The position numbers and the translations under genes were made by a program. Positions 20,245-31,850 of a stretch of DNA of 64,000 nucleotides are shown piece by piece (the stretch's first letter is position 1; every line of letters starts with the position of its first letter). A model generated the notes under the pieces. That model did no database searches, was not told the DNA's origin, and saw nothing but the letters and a program-made list of their open reading frames with translations. The stretch is from a virus, in IMG/VR virus record IMGVR_UViG_3300042541_002760; one strand, 5' to 3'.

Positions 20245-20538
20245 CTAGAACTTCGTTACTTCTCTTCCGCTCTCATTGACTGTGACATTTTGATTGTCAA
20301 ACATGGCGCGACAATTTGTAAGATGTTCGCCACTCATGTTCAATGCGGATCGGCAGGTATTGAAGATATTGGCAAATGCGTTTTTGCCCTTCTTGCATGA
20401 ACAGGTATTTGGATTTGTATAGACTGCCATCAGTATATAAAAATTACCAATTGGGCCATGTGCTTCGATTGTAGCACCACCCTTTGCATGGATTGCCATG
20501 TAAAACTCTTGCATGCTATTGAAAGTGATTTCACTCAT
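20245..20538 (-). CDS. Hypothetical protein with CxC motif
   Basis: Overlaps the upstream gene; TCSCKK. Confidence 0.65.
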   Translation of the reverse strand: MSEITFNSMQEFYMAIHAKGGATIEAHGPIGNFYILMAVYTNPNTCSCKKGKNAFANIFNTCRSALNMSGEHLTNCRAMFDNQNVTVNESGREVTKF

Positions 20539-20923
20539 CTGAAGGTTCTCCCGATTGTACTAGGTATTTATCAACCATTCGGAACAGCGAGTATCCGAGT
20601 TGAGATCCAAGATACACAATTGGCAAATTAACAATTGAATGGTAATTTACAAGAATCAGGGATATCCAAAATCCCAAACAATATCGACAGTTGAACAGTT
20701 CGATCATAAAGCCATTATGGTTCCATGTCATGTACTGAGAATACGAAGGGGGAATTGCAATTCCAGAATTTTGAAGTTGCTTTTCGTATTCCTTGATATG
20801 GGTAAAGTAATTTAGAAACGGAAGCAGTTTTGTAAAACTCTTTGCATAGGTGTATACAACCGATGTCTCATACAGCAAAAAGAGTAACATGACAGCCCAT
20901 AATGTAGAAATCAATATATCCAT
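20531..20923 (-). CDS. Membrane protein with CxxC..W motif (DUF1360-like)
   Basis: Hydrophobic helices and LFNCRYCLGFW. Confidence 0.55.
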   Translation of the reverse strand: MDILISTLWAVMLLFLLYETSVVYTYAKSFTKLLPFLNYFTHIKEYEKQLQNSGIAIPPSYSQYMTWNHNGFMIELFNCRYCLGFWISLILVNYHSIVNLPIVYLGSQLGYSLFRMVDKYLVQSGEPSDE

Positions 20924-20934
20924 GTTTATTCCTG

Positions 20935-22860
20935 TTAATTGGTTAGGTCTACTACTTCACATGATCCTGCACTGCATGCAAAGGTTTGAGAACTCTTAGT
21001 GGAGTCTTCCTTTTCATACTTCATCAACTCGCTCCAATCAATAGAGAGCGGAAGTTTTGCTGCTGCTGCTTCGTACTCTTCCTTGGTGCAGTCCTGATAT
21101 GGAGCCTGAACATAGGAGTGATCCGAATGGGGCAAGAAACTCACACCCGATACTTCATCAAAGTGTGCATAGACCCATGCTCCCACTGCCATCCACTCAT
21201 ACTCCTTGACAGTCACCGTGATAGACGGCTTGTGTTCGCACCAATGTCGTTGATAAGTAAGCCACAACTCAAGATGCTGAATAGCAGTCAGGTCTGTACG
21301 GGTAATTGATCCCACAGCCTTCTGTGGGAACGAGAACACCATTGTGTGATCAGGACGCATAGCACATGGTTCAGCAGGGAATCCCTTGTCAATCATGAAC
21401 TGACACATGGGATCTTTAATATCTGCACGAACAGTACGAATGTAGTACTGATTATGACGAGGGTGAATGCCACTTGCGGAATCGGTCAACTGAGACACGG
21501 TTCCACTAGGCTTCACACAAGTAATCGCAGCAGCAGGATTGATGCCAATCTTCTTTGCCCACTCCTTGTTGGTTTCAATAGCAGTGGTACGAAGATTGAC
21601 AAGCAGTCTTTCCAATTCAGCACCCTGCCCCCGCATCAGTTTGTTGTCAAGAATGCCTGTGAGTGAAACACCAAGCAAGCATTCTTCTTCACAGTTCTTC
21701 TTCCACTCACTTGAGAGGTATGGGAAATTAGTAAGTGAGGCTTGCCATGTACCGAGAATGGTGGCAAGACGAACCTTGCGCTTCAGGGTATCAGGAGTGT
21801 CATCTGTACGAACAATTACTTCAGACAGATTGCAGAATTCCTTGTCGCGCAGAATGATCTCAGAGCAAGGATTCGTTCCGAACTCGTAAGTGGGATCACG
21901 GCGATCACCAAGTTTCTCCACAGTTTTCTGTGCAGCCTGACGATTAAAGATACCGCGTTCGCCACTCTTGGACTTGTAGAGTGAAAGCCACTCTTCCATG
22001 AATACGCCGATCTCGGGCTTCTCCTTGTATGAAACCGAATTGTTGGCTAATGCTCGTTGTGGATTTTCCAACCACCACTGCCCGACTTTAGCATCGCGCA
22101 TTCTCTCATCGGTGAGGTTTGAAAGAGAGATAAGAGCAGATCTACGCACTCCTCCAACCACAACAATTTCCGCAATCTTGCAGATGATGTCATGACACTC
22201 AATAGATGTGAGTTTTCTACCTGCACTCTTCTTAAAAGTACTGACGGTAAATCGGAAGAGATCTTCCAATGGCTGTGGCCCACTTGCTCGTCCACCGAAA
22301 GTCTTGAGACGCGCACCAAGAGGACGAATCTTAGAGGTGTCCCATCGGGGAATTTGACCTCCAATAAGTAGGGACACTAATTCGCGGTAGGCTTTTGCCC
22401 AACCTTCCTTAGAGTCCTTGACCACAATGAGTGTATCGCTTTGTGTAAACTCTTCAGCAATGGTAGGAAGTTTTTCAACATACTGTCTTTCCACACTAAA
22501 GCCAACTCCTGTGCCACACATAAGCACATAGAGGATCTCATCAAAGGCACGAACCTTGTTCACGGCAACATATGAGCAGTTGTATCCTGCGGTGTTGTCA
22601 CGCTTTAGGGCTTCTCCTGCGGTCATGAGAGAGCGCATGGAGGGCATTACCTCAAGGTTCAGAACTGCATCATGCAATTCATCGCGTACAGCCTTATTCA
22701 GTTTTACTCCCTTTTCATCAAAATGCTCATCAAAGAAACGGAAATAGCGATTAACTGTTTCCTCCCATGACTCTCGCCGCTTTGGGGATTCTGTGTCGAG
22801 CCAACGAGAATAACGAGAAAGATGAATGAATTCTTGATACAGTGTGGGAAGTGATTTCAT
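20935..22860 (-). CDS. nrdJ: Class II (adenosylcobalamin-dependent) ribonucleotide reductase
   Basis: YNCSY, GGVRRSA, GTNPCSEI, TCVKPSGT, C-terminal CSAGSC; no intein or intron. Confidence 0.95.
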   Translation of the reverse strand: MKSLPTLYQEFIHLSRYSRWLDTESPKRRESWEETVNRYFRFFDEHFDEKGVKLNKAVRDELHDAVLNLEVMPSMRSLMTAGEALKRDNTAGYNCSYVAVNKVRAFDEILYVLMCGTGVGFSVERQYVEKLPTIAEEFTQSDTLIVVKDSKEGWAKAYRELVSLLIGGQIPRWDTSKIRPLGARLKTFGGRASGPQPLEDLFRFTVSTFKKSAGRKLTSIECHDIICKIAEIVVVGGVRRSALISLSNLTDERMRDAKVGQWWLENPQRALANNSVSYKEKPEIGVFMEEWLSLYKSKSGERGIFNRQAAQKTVEKLGDRRDPTYEFGTNPCSEIILRDKEFCNLSEVIVRTDDTPDTLKRKVRLATILGTWQASLTNFPYLSSEWKKNCEEECLLGVSLTGILDNKLMRGQGAELERLLVNLRTTAIETNKEWAKKIGINPAAAITCVKPSGTVSQLTDSASGIHPRHNQYYIRTVRADIKDPMCQFMIDKGFPAEPCAMRPDHTMVFSFPQKAVGSITRTDLTAIQHLELWLTYQRHWCEHKPSITVTVKEYEWMAVGAWVYAHFDEVSGVSFLPHSDHSYVQAPYQDCTKEEYEAAAAKLPLSIDWSELMKYEKEDSTKSSQTFACSAGSCEVVDLTN

Positions 22861-22886
22861 GACGAACTCCTAATGATGCGTAGGGG

Positions 22887-22973
22887 TATTTAGAAGAGCA
22901 TCCAATGCTTCTTTTACATGAGAATATATTCTTCTAAAGGATATAATATACCCTATAGTGCAGGGGTTGTCAA
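22887..22973 (-). promoter_or_regulatory. Tandem promoters for nrdJ: sigma70-like plus late
   Basis: TTGACA-17 nt-TATATT (22945-22973) and CTAAATA (22887-22893). Confidence 0.65.
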
Positions 22974-23027
22974 GCACTATGCTCGTGTATCACAGTCGCT
23001 TATTGAGATATTCAAATTATGTTGAAT

Positions 23028-24836
23028 TTAATTTTTAGATGGATCACAGCCTTGCTTTGGGACACCATTAACATCAAGATGTCCAAAATATGTTGTAATA
23101 TCGGGGCATAGTTTTCTTAACTCGGGAAGGTCGAGATTCCCAGGGAAGGCGAGTGTCTGGAGACAAAAATTTGTTTGCGGATAGGGCGTACAACGCAATC
23201 TGCCAATAGATGCATTTGCCCCTGGGCTAAACCCATCTGGGGTGACGATATTTCCAGTATGACCGCCTTGTGATTCAAACCCTGGATTGCGACCATAGCA
23301 TGGTGATCCATTTGGATTACATCCTGGAACTATCAAATACCGTGCCCGATGTGGCTGATAACCATACCCAATAAAGTTAGCATTTGTTTGTGGAGTGCCA
23401 CTGTGTAGTCTGATGGTTCCTGTGCTACCGTGACTGCACTCGTCAAGCGTAAAATGATGTCTCGCTGGATGTCGTTCGCACGGTGGATCTGCATCAATAC
23501 TATAACCATGATGACCTGAACATGAACTATCTTGCAAGATGTTTGCATTTCCAATCAGAAAAAGGTGCTTCCATCTATCTTCTGTTGTGGCAGGGGTAAA
23601 CAAAGGTTCATCCCATAGGAAAATATTGGGGAAAAGAAAATTAGCACCAAGACCACCATCCGTGGGATTATCTGTTCCCTGTGCTGCAACACCTTCGGCA
23701 AATCGATTCATAACCCATCGAACCATTTGTGTGCCGTCTGCGGATATTCCTGTGGGATCAACAGTTTTCCACCAATCAGGTCTTATTTTTGAATTAATAT
23801 TTGCGGGATCAAAAGAACCTCCATATGTTTCAAACATATCTGCATGAATTTTATAATATATTGCATGAAGTAATGACGATACAGAGCAAGTAGGAATTCC
23901 AATCGCCCTGCCCTCATAAGAGGTATTGTCGTTATAGTAGGAATGGGCATTATAACATTGAAAAGAAAAACTTCCTTTTTGTGCACCTGTCGTGCCGAAC
24001 GGATTTGGAGCATAGTGCCCAACACTCCATGCGGGATCAGGCTCTGTTTCGCCTTCAGTACATGTCGGAAGAACTCTATACTGTGCAGTATATCCACCAA
24101 ATAATGGCAATGTAAGTACATGATCAGGAAGTGGAAATTGCCTTCCAAAAGAATTTTCCATCCCACTAATTCCTGTAACTCCGTATGGTATATTACCACT
24201 AGGAGTTGTCGGAAGTGATCCAACCATTAAGTTTTGTGCATGCTCAGGATTTGCGCCTCGCGTTGCAACACGAACCATGCTATATTCATCAGCACAATTT
24301 GCACCATGTGCCATATAGCCTGTATATCGATATCGATTGAATCCAGAAATTACTTGAAATCTACTAGGAACGCTGACCTGACCACCAGGAGCCATTGCAT
24401 AAGGTTGTTTTCTAATCACCGCAGGAGGGCTTGTGGGGCTTGAAGGAGATGCATAGTAATATGCATTTCCTGCGGAATTTTTTTCATAATCACATGGGTT
24501 GATTTGACGCGGGTCACCGTTAACATCGGTAAGAGCATTGGGGCTTGTGCAGTACAGTAATCCTAACTCTTGACTCAATGATGGGCGACCACTACCGCCT
24601 AGGCGGCTGTATCGATCAACGCCAGGAAGTGGATAAATTGTCCAAGAACAGTCACTCCCGTCCACCTCAATGCAAGTTTCTAGTTGGCAAATACCCTGAC
24701 CGTTTGGGCAATAACCATAGCATATGGTTCCCGAACATTCAGGCTCACCTTGACATGAAGGACATATAAAATCAGCAGGACATTCGGGGAAAAACCCTGT
24801 TGTTTGTGGATATAATTTATGCCATGCCCAGCCCAT
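23028..24836 (-). CDS. Cys/Pro/Gly-rich 602-aa protein, possible fibre-tip protein
   Basis: Long ORF with AAGGA RBS directly after a fibre gene; Cys-dense N-terminus. Confidence 0.55.
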   Translation of the reverse strand: MGWAWHKLYPQTTGFFPECPADFICPSCQGEPECSGTICYGYCPNGQGICQLETCIEVDGSDCSWTIYPLPGVDRYSRLGGSGRPSLSQELGLLYCTSPNALTDVNGDPRQINPCDYEKNSAGNAYYYASPSSPTSPPAVIRKQPYAMAPGGQVSVPSRFQVISGFNRYRYTGYMAHGANCADEYSMVRVATRGANPEHAQNLMVGSLPTTPSGNIPYGVTGISGMENSFGRQFPLPDHVLTLPLFGGYTAQYRVLPTCTEGETEPDPAWSVGHYAPNPFGTTGAQKGSFSFQCYNAHSYYNDNTSYEGRAIGIPTCSVSSLLHAIYYKIHADMFETYGGSFDPANINSKIRPDWWKTVDPTGISADGTQMVRWVMNRFAEGVAAQGTDNPTDGGLGANFLFPNIFLWDEPLFTPATTEDRWKHLFLIGNANILQDSSCSGHHGYSIDADPPCERHPARHHFTLDECSHGSTGTIRLHSGTPQTNANFIGYGYQPHRARYLIVPGCNPNGSPCYGRNPGFESQGGHTGNIVTPDGFSPGANASIGRLRCTPYPQTNFCLQTLAFPGNLDLPELRKLCPDITTYFGHLDVNGVPKQGCDPSKN

Positions 24837-24857
24837 AGTGTTCCTTTCAGTTAATCA

Positions 24858-25850
24858 TTAACTAATACTAAACCCTGCCGCCGTCAAGCCATTTGCAATA
24901 GGCAAACCGATTAGCAATGCCGAAGATGCAGTCTTTACACGCATCACGGTAAACATATCGATTCCTCCCGTTGTGCCAAACAATACAGGACTATTGCTAA
25001 GAATTGATCCTGTAAAACTTCCTGTTTGTCCGTTTGTTGACTGCACAATAACTGCAATTGTTTCGGTTGCATTTACTGTAGTGTTATCCCATCCTGGCCC
25101 CGCACTCACAACTACTTGTGCCGATGGTGTAATTTTGAAACGCTGAATTGTTCCACCCGTAGCATTGATAACGATGGAATTAGAACTTCCAAGATCTTGA
25201 TATGATGCATACTCTTCGGGGTTTTTGAAGATACCGCCTGTGATTTGAAGTGGTGTTGTATATCCACTTCCAAATACCAATCCTGTGTCATTCAATGCCA
25301 TTCTGCCGTTGGTGGCGGCAAAAGTTATCTTGGGAGATTGTGATTTATTACGGATATCAATATAAGCGTCTGGAGTATCTTTTGGGTCACCACCCAACAA
25401 AATACTCTCACCGAATACCTCTATCTCACCGCCATCGGCAGATGTTAGTCCAATGTATCCTCCCGCACCCTTGCTATTTATACCTTGTGGGTATATGGTT
25501 GAAGTCTTAATATTTGGAGCAGTTATACCCGCCGAGAATGAATTACCACCCGCCGCAGTAAATATATTTGATATGTGTGTTCGAGCAACATTTCCTGTAA
25601 GGCTTACAGTGCCCGTAACGGATACACCAAAGTCTGCATTGGGGAATTGTGCAGCACCTGTTACTGCATAAGATGCTAATGGAATGTTTCCTGCTCCTGG
25701 GGGGCCTGGAGGCCCTTCGGGGCCAACACCACCGATAATACTTCCATCAACAATATTCCATACACCAAAGATTGCATCATATTCCCATATGACATTGCCA
25801 TAACCATATGTTGCTCCATCTGCTACGCCGCTTGGGGGATTAAATGCCAT
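24858..25850 (-). CDS. Short fibre protein (W-rich head, short collagen stretch, C-terminal fibre domain)
   Basis: MAFNPPS...IWEYD...W head, GPEGPPGPPG, GIDMFTV terminal domain; CTAAATA at 25883-25889. Confidence 0.7.
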   Translation of the reverse strand: MAFNPPSGVADGATYGYGNVIWEYDAIFGVWNIVDGSIIGGVGPEGPPGPPGAGNIPLASYAVTGAAQFPNADFGVSVTGTVSLTGNVARTHISNIFTAAGGNSFSAGITAPNIKTSTIYPQGINSKGAGGYIGLTSADGGEIEVFGESILLGGDPKDTPDAYIDIRNKSQSPKITFAATNGRMALNDTGLVFGSGYTTPLQITGGIFKNPEEYASYQDLGSSNSIVINATGGTIQRFKITPSAQVVVSAGPGWDNTTVNATETIAVIVQSTNGQTGSFTGSILSNSPVLFGTTGGIDMFTVMRVKTASSALLIGLPIANGLTAAGFSIS

Positions 25851-25885
25851 GTTTGTTTCTTTCTTTTCTCTTTGCTACTTGTTAT

Positions 25886-26302
25886 TTAGAAGGTTCCACC
25901 ATCAATCGTTCCGTTCTTTCGAAGAAGCGGTAACCAACCGTTTGTTTCATCATATTGATATACCAATTTTGTACTCTTGTCATAAACAATTCCAAAATTT
26001 GTTTCGGCATTTGAAACTCGTTTGTATAGCACCCAATTCATACCATTTGAACCGTCATATGTGATAATATCATTTGCATTAATACTAACCCCGCTAGTAG
26101 GGGGGAGTCCCACGGCACTGATATTTCGGATAATGTATTTTTTACCTACTATTGTGTCAAACGGATCATTATTATTTTCAAGTATTCCATCCACCGAAAA
26201 GTCTATATCGGATCCATTCATAGTATAGAAAAAATCTTCAGGAGTTTCTAATCTACCCCCACGGTTTGCTTGTTCTATTCTATCTGCTACTTGGATTGGC
26301 AT
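25886..26302 (-). CDS. Fibre adaptor-like protein ending IDGGTF
   Basis: Paralogous to the N-terminus of the 28534 protein (IQVADRIEQANR/IRIADVLEQMNR; IDFSV). Confidence 0.7.
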   Translation of the reverse strand: MPIQVADRIEQANRGGRLETPEDFFYTMNGSDIDFSVDGILENNNDPFDTIVGKKYIIRNISAVGLPPTSGVSINANDIITYDGSNGMNWVLYKRVSNAETNFGIVYDKSTKLVYQYDETNGWLPLLRKNGTIDGGTF

Positions 26303-26317
26303 ATTATTTCTTTCATA

Positions 26318-28534
26318 TTAGGCTGTGATAACAATCGAAGTGCCAACTAAGCCTGGGTTTGTGCTTCTGTAGAAATAATAGTTTTCGGTATATCCTGCAT
26401 TATTTGTATATGGCTGCTCAAAAGTACCTGGTACTGCTCCGTCTCCCTGTTTCGTGAATCCTCCATCATTACCGTTTGTTTTTAGTCCTCCAAGTTGAAT
26501 CTCTCCATGTCGTGCAGGATATGCAAAGTAATCATAATTGCCAACGGGCCCAGCAAGGCTATATGATGCTGCTCTATTATTCTGTATTGATTTCACAAAA
26601 CCGTGTGCAAGCATTCCACCTGTAAGATGTGCTCCTGTTAAACTCGTAGCAGTTGTTGCTCCTCGGACAACATGATTCAAGAATGAAATCGTACTTGCAC
26701 TTTGTGAGAATGTGCCAGCAGAACCTGTTGCCTGAAGTCTAATGGTCACAGTTCCAAGACCTCCACCTGGCGCAGATGTAATAGATTTTCCTGCACCATA
26801 TGCAAGTTGATTCATGGCACCCGTTGCAAAGAATACGGGGAAGCCTGTGCCATATCCACTATCCACTTGTATAGAAGCAGTCGCAGGTGGCCCAAGATTA
26901 TATGTAATACTAGTTGCAGTCAAGTCAGCCACACTAAATTGGGTACTTCCAACCAATTGTGTACTGCCAATACCACTATTGAAATTAGTTATTGAGAAAA
27001 CAAAATCTGCGGGTTTGAATACCTCAAAGTTGCGAATATAGTCAAAAGTAAGCGAACCATCTTCGAGTAAGAATGCTACTTTTCGTGCAAGTCCCGAATC
27101 GGGAGTTAAGGTCGTTGGTGCTACATGGGTCAATCCCGTGTTTAGATCACCACCCGCAATAGAACCTGTATTACCTCTTGCACCTGCATTAATAAATGTA
27201 ATCGACAACTCTGTAAGACTGTTGGGGAAGTGTTGGGAAAGTGTTCCACTTAATGGAGTACCATATAGGTACTGAAACACACCGCTGTTCGCTGATACAC
27301 CACCCGTTACTTGGAATATAAAGTGTCCTGTACTTCCTGCTCCAACATATCTTGGTCGAACATGCAATGTACCATCAATATCAGTTGTACTGTTGTACCA
27401 TGTTGATATATAAGATTCGTGGTTTACACCAAATTCATCTTTTCGGTGAAGTAAGACAGTATTATCATTGGTTGCAGTCAAGCCACCAATATTGCCAACA
27501 GAGAACGAATCATATTTTGTAAAGTATGCAAGACCCGCAAATGATCCTGTTGAACCTCTTGGGCCCGTTGCACCCGTGGCACCTGTAGATCCTGTTGCAC
27601 CCGTAACTCCTGTTACGCCCGTTGCACCTGTTGCACCTGTAAATCCTGTTGTTCCTCTTACAGATCCAATAGTAAAGAAGTCCGAAAAGGCACCATTCGG
27701 CATAACATATTTTGCCTGAAGGTTTCCATTTGCATCAATACTTACAGCAGTAAGACCAACACCCGTAACTCCTGTTGCACCCGTTGCGCCAATACTTCCT
27801 GTTGGGCCTGTGACACCTTGAATGCCTTGATCACCCTTTGTACCTTGACCAACACCAACAACACCTGTCTGTATCCATGCATCACCGAATCGAACATAGT
27901 TTCGGAATGGATCTTCCGCAGGCCCTGTTGCAAGAAGAAGTCTATCACCTGTAATTCCTGCTCCTGAAAGACCCCTATCACTCCATGTCGTACCACCATC
28001 AAATGTGAGTGGATATCCCGTTACAAGAGGATTGTCACTGCCGAGAAATCCCGATGAAGATCCTGATCCAACAACAGTCCAATTAGCACCATCATAATAA
28101 TAGACCTTACTGTCATGTTCGTTGAAAACAATTGTTCCACTCGGAGTTTTTGGATTGGAAATATCTAGATAAACTTGCCAAGGTACTTGACCTGCAACAT
28201 CATAATTGGCAAGACTAACATTCCCACGCTGAACAATATCTCCAGCACCAAGTTGTGTTGGGCAATCATGCCCACCTCCACCACATCCTGAAAATGTAGT
28301 CCATATTCCTGTATCAGTAACAACATACTTAGTTCCGTATGGGCTGTTTGCCTTAAGAGTTGCACCACCACTTGTGGTGTCATATCGAGAAGTATCTGTA
28401 CCTACGATACCCTTGACAGAGAAATCAATATTCCCAGAATGTACGAGCGAAAAGTATCCTGTTCCTGTGAGATTTGCCTCACGGTTCATTTGCTCCAATA
28501 CATCTGCTATTCTAATTCCTGGTTGTAGTGACAT
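26318..28534 (-). CDS. Collagen-like (G-x-T) fibre protein, 738 aa
   Basis: GATGVT triplet runs; shares modules with the 28553-30283 protein. Confidence 0.8.
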   Translation of the reverse strand: MSLQPGIRIADVLEQMNREANLTGTGYFSLVHSGNIDFSVKGIVGTDTSRYDTTSGGATLKANSPYGTKYVVTDTGIWTTFSGCGGGGHDCPTQLGAGDIVQRGNVSLANYDVAGQVPWQVYLDISNPKTPSGTIVFNEHDSKVYYYDGANWTVVGSGSSSGFLGSDNPLVTGYPLTFDGGTTWSDRGLSGAGITGDRLLLATGPAEDPFRNYVRFGDAWIQTGVVGVGQGTKGDQGIQGVTGPTGSIGATGATGVTGVGLTAVSIDANGNLQAKYVMPNGAFSDFFTIGSVRGTTGFTGATGATGVTGVTGATGSTGATGATGPRGSTGSFAGLAYFTKYDSFSVGNIGGLTATNDNTVLLHRKDEFGVNHESYISTWYNSTTDIDGTLHVRPRYVGAGSTGHFIFQVTGGVSANSGVFQYLYGTPLSGTLSQHFPNSLTELSITFINAGARGNTGSIAGGDLNTGLTHVAPTTLTPDSGLARKVAFLLEDGSLTFDYIRNFEVFKPADFVFSITNFNSGIGSTQLVGSTQFSVADLTATSITYNLGPPATASIQVDSGYGTGFPVFFATGAMNQLAYGAGKSITSAPGGGLGTVTIRLQATGSAGTFSQSASTISFLNHVVRGATTATSLTGAHLTGGMLAHGFVKSIQNNRAASYSLAGPVGNYDYFAYPARHGEIQLGGLKTNGNDGGFTKQGDGAVPGTFEQPYTNNAGYTENYYFYRSTNPGLVGTSIVITA
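27176..27610. repeat. Near-identical duplicated module (copy 2 at about 29255-29680)
   Basis: Long identical stretches encoding [36 protein letters not shown] and [33 protein letters not shown]. Confidence 0.9.
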
Positions 28535-28552
28535 ATTTTGTTCCGTTTCTGT

Positions 28553-30283
<1,731 letters not shown>

Positions 30284-30291
30284 AATCTATA

Positions 30292-31227
30292 TCAAGCGTT
30301 TGAGTAGGTAATATCTATTGAAAGCGATCCAGGAAGTTGAAAGAAACTGCGATACACCTTGTAGGTTGTCTCAAATCCCTGTTGATTTGTCACTAAAGTA
30401 GTATTAACAGGAGCAGCCATAGACACACCAAAACCCTCAAGTTTGATTGTGTCCAACTCGTAATAGTTGTGAATGAACAGATAGAAGTAACCACCTGTGT
30501 CCGTGGTGGTGACGGTTCCACTACCTGACGATGCGGTTGTGATCAATGTCTCGCTGCCGTCTGTTAGCAATGCTTGGTTTGTCAATGCCTCATTGGTTGA
30601 CTTGCCCCAATACATCTTTGACCACCAACGAGACGAGGTACTGCGAGACACGGGATTGCTTCCTTCTATCTGCTGACCTGTTATCTGAAATGTCTGTGTG
30701 TTGGAGCCAATGGCGGTGGCTCTAAATGCGGGGTATGAAACAGAGGCAGATGCCGCAGTCGGACTACCACCCGTTATGGCTACGCCCGTAACCAATCCGC
30801 TGTATCTGTAATATGCGCTGTTTGCTACCCAATTTTCAGTTGGGCCCGATCTGTTCCAGGAAGCAGTAAAGGTACTATTTCCTGCGGTCTGACCCAACTC
30901 ATATGATGAGTCAAGTCCTGTGGTAAGACTTGTAAATGCGACTTGTTGATATGGATAAAGAATTCGTTCTAGAATTGAAATTGAAGTTTCTCCGATATCG
31001 AGGGTTGTTCCCTGTGGAATTCCTGCAATATCACTAGCAGTTGTTGGGGTGGCTAATGACCATGTTGTTTCTGCTCCACCCGAACCGCCAAGAATTTCTA
31101 CCGAGGTTCCTCCCGCATCACCAACATACATCTTGCGGTCTGTTATATTGACCGCCATTTCGCCATAGGTTAATCCTGTTGGGATGACTCCAGGCTTGAT
31201 GGTTCTTCTGACTTTGAATAGTGCCAT
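30292..31227 (-). CDS. Fibre-associated protein with Mtd-N/hyaluronidase-type head
   Basis: KVRRT...PTGLTYGEMAVNITDRKMYVG; CTAAATA at 31234-31240. Confidence 0.7.
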   Translation of the reverse strand: MALFKVRRTIKPGVIPTGLTYGEMAVNITDRKMYVGDAGGTSVEILGGSGGAETTWSLATPTTASDIAGIPQGTTLDIGETSISILERILYPYQQVAFTSLTTGLDSSYELGQTAGNSTFTASWNRSGPTENWVANSAYYRYSGLVTGVAITGGSPTAASASVSYPAFRATAIGSNTQTFQITGQQIEGSNPVSRSTSSRWWSKMYWGKSTNEALTNQALLTDGSETLITTASSGSGTVTTTDTGGYFYLFIHNYYELDTIKLEGFGVSMAAPVNTTLVTNQQGFETTYKVYRSFFQLPGSLSIDITYSNA

Positions 31228-31277
31228 ACAGCATATTTAGGAGAAGGATTTCCAATAGAATTGACTTCTCCAAAAAG

Positions 31278-31850
31278 TCAAGGAAGTTGATTCCAAATTC
31301 CGATTTGATCACAATATGATCCGTATCGAGATTGAATGAATTCGGGATACTCTTCCTGAGTAGTCGAGTTGTCCCCAATCCATGTATCAAACCATGCATA
31401 GTCCCAATGCGATGTATTTGGGGGTGTCCATGTATCGATGTCTGCATGAACGAGCGTAAATCGAGAATCTTTTGGACAATGATCCCATACGAGATCGATT
31501 ACTTCTTGATTTTTCTCTATGATGGTTACCGAAGTAACAAAAGGATTATCCATCAGTTTTTGATTCACAAATCCAAGTCCCAATCCTCCAATAAGGACAT
31601 CACCCGTTGCGCCGTCCCACAGTGGCTGATGTTCGGCATATTCATGAGTTGTATCCATCATGATGGGGCCAATCGAATCAACACATAAGAATGTATATTC
31701 GCCATAAGGTTCTTCTCTGCAAGTAAGATTAAATCCATAGATTTGACTGAAAAGAGTTGATACTCCAAATCCAAAAGAATCTCCTGTTGCTTTTTGAATC
31801 GACCAATTGCCGACTCGACCTTCAGGAATATTTACAGCATAATGTGTCAT
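31278..31850 (-). CDS. Class I SAM-dependent methyltransferase (spermidine-synthase-like)
   Basis: GDVLIGGLGLG, VTIIEKNQEVIDLV, HAD, WDYAWFDTW. Confidence 0.8.
   Translation of the reverse strand: MTHYAVNIPEGRVGNWSIQKATGDSFGFGVSTLFSQIYGFNLTCREEPYGEYTFLCVDSIGPIMMDTTHEYAEHQPLWDGATGDVLIGGLGLGFVNQKLMDNPFVTSVTIIEKNQEVIDLVWDHCPKDSRFTLVHADIDTWTPPNTSHWDYAWFDTWIGDNSTTQEEYPEFIQSRYGSYCDQIGIWNQLP

Noticed and set aside
20935-22860. Inteins, introns or homing endonucleases in nrdJ (also checked gp41, gp61, uvsW, gp46, thyX)
   Set aside because: All are uninterrupted, of normal length and lack splice motifs.
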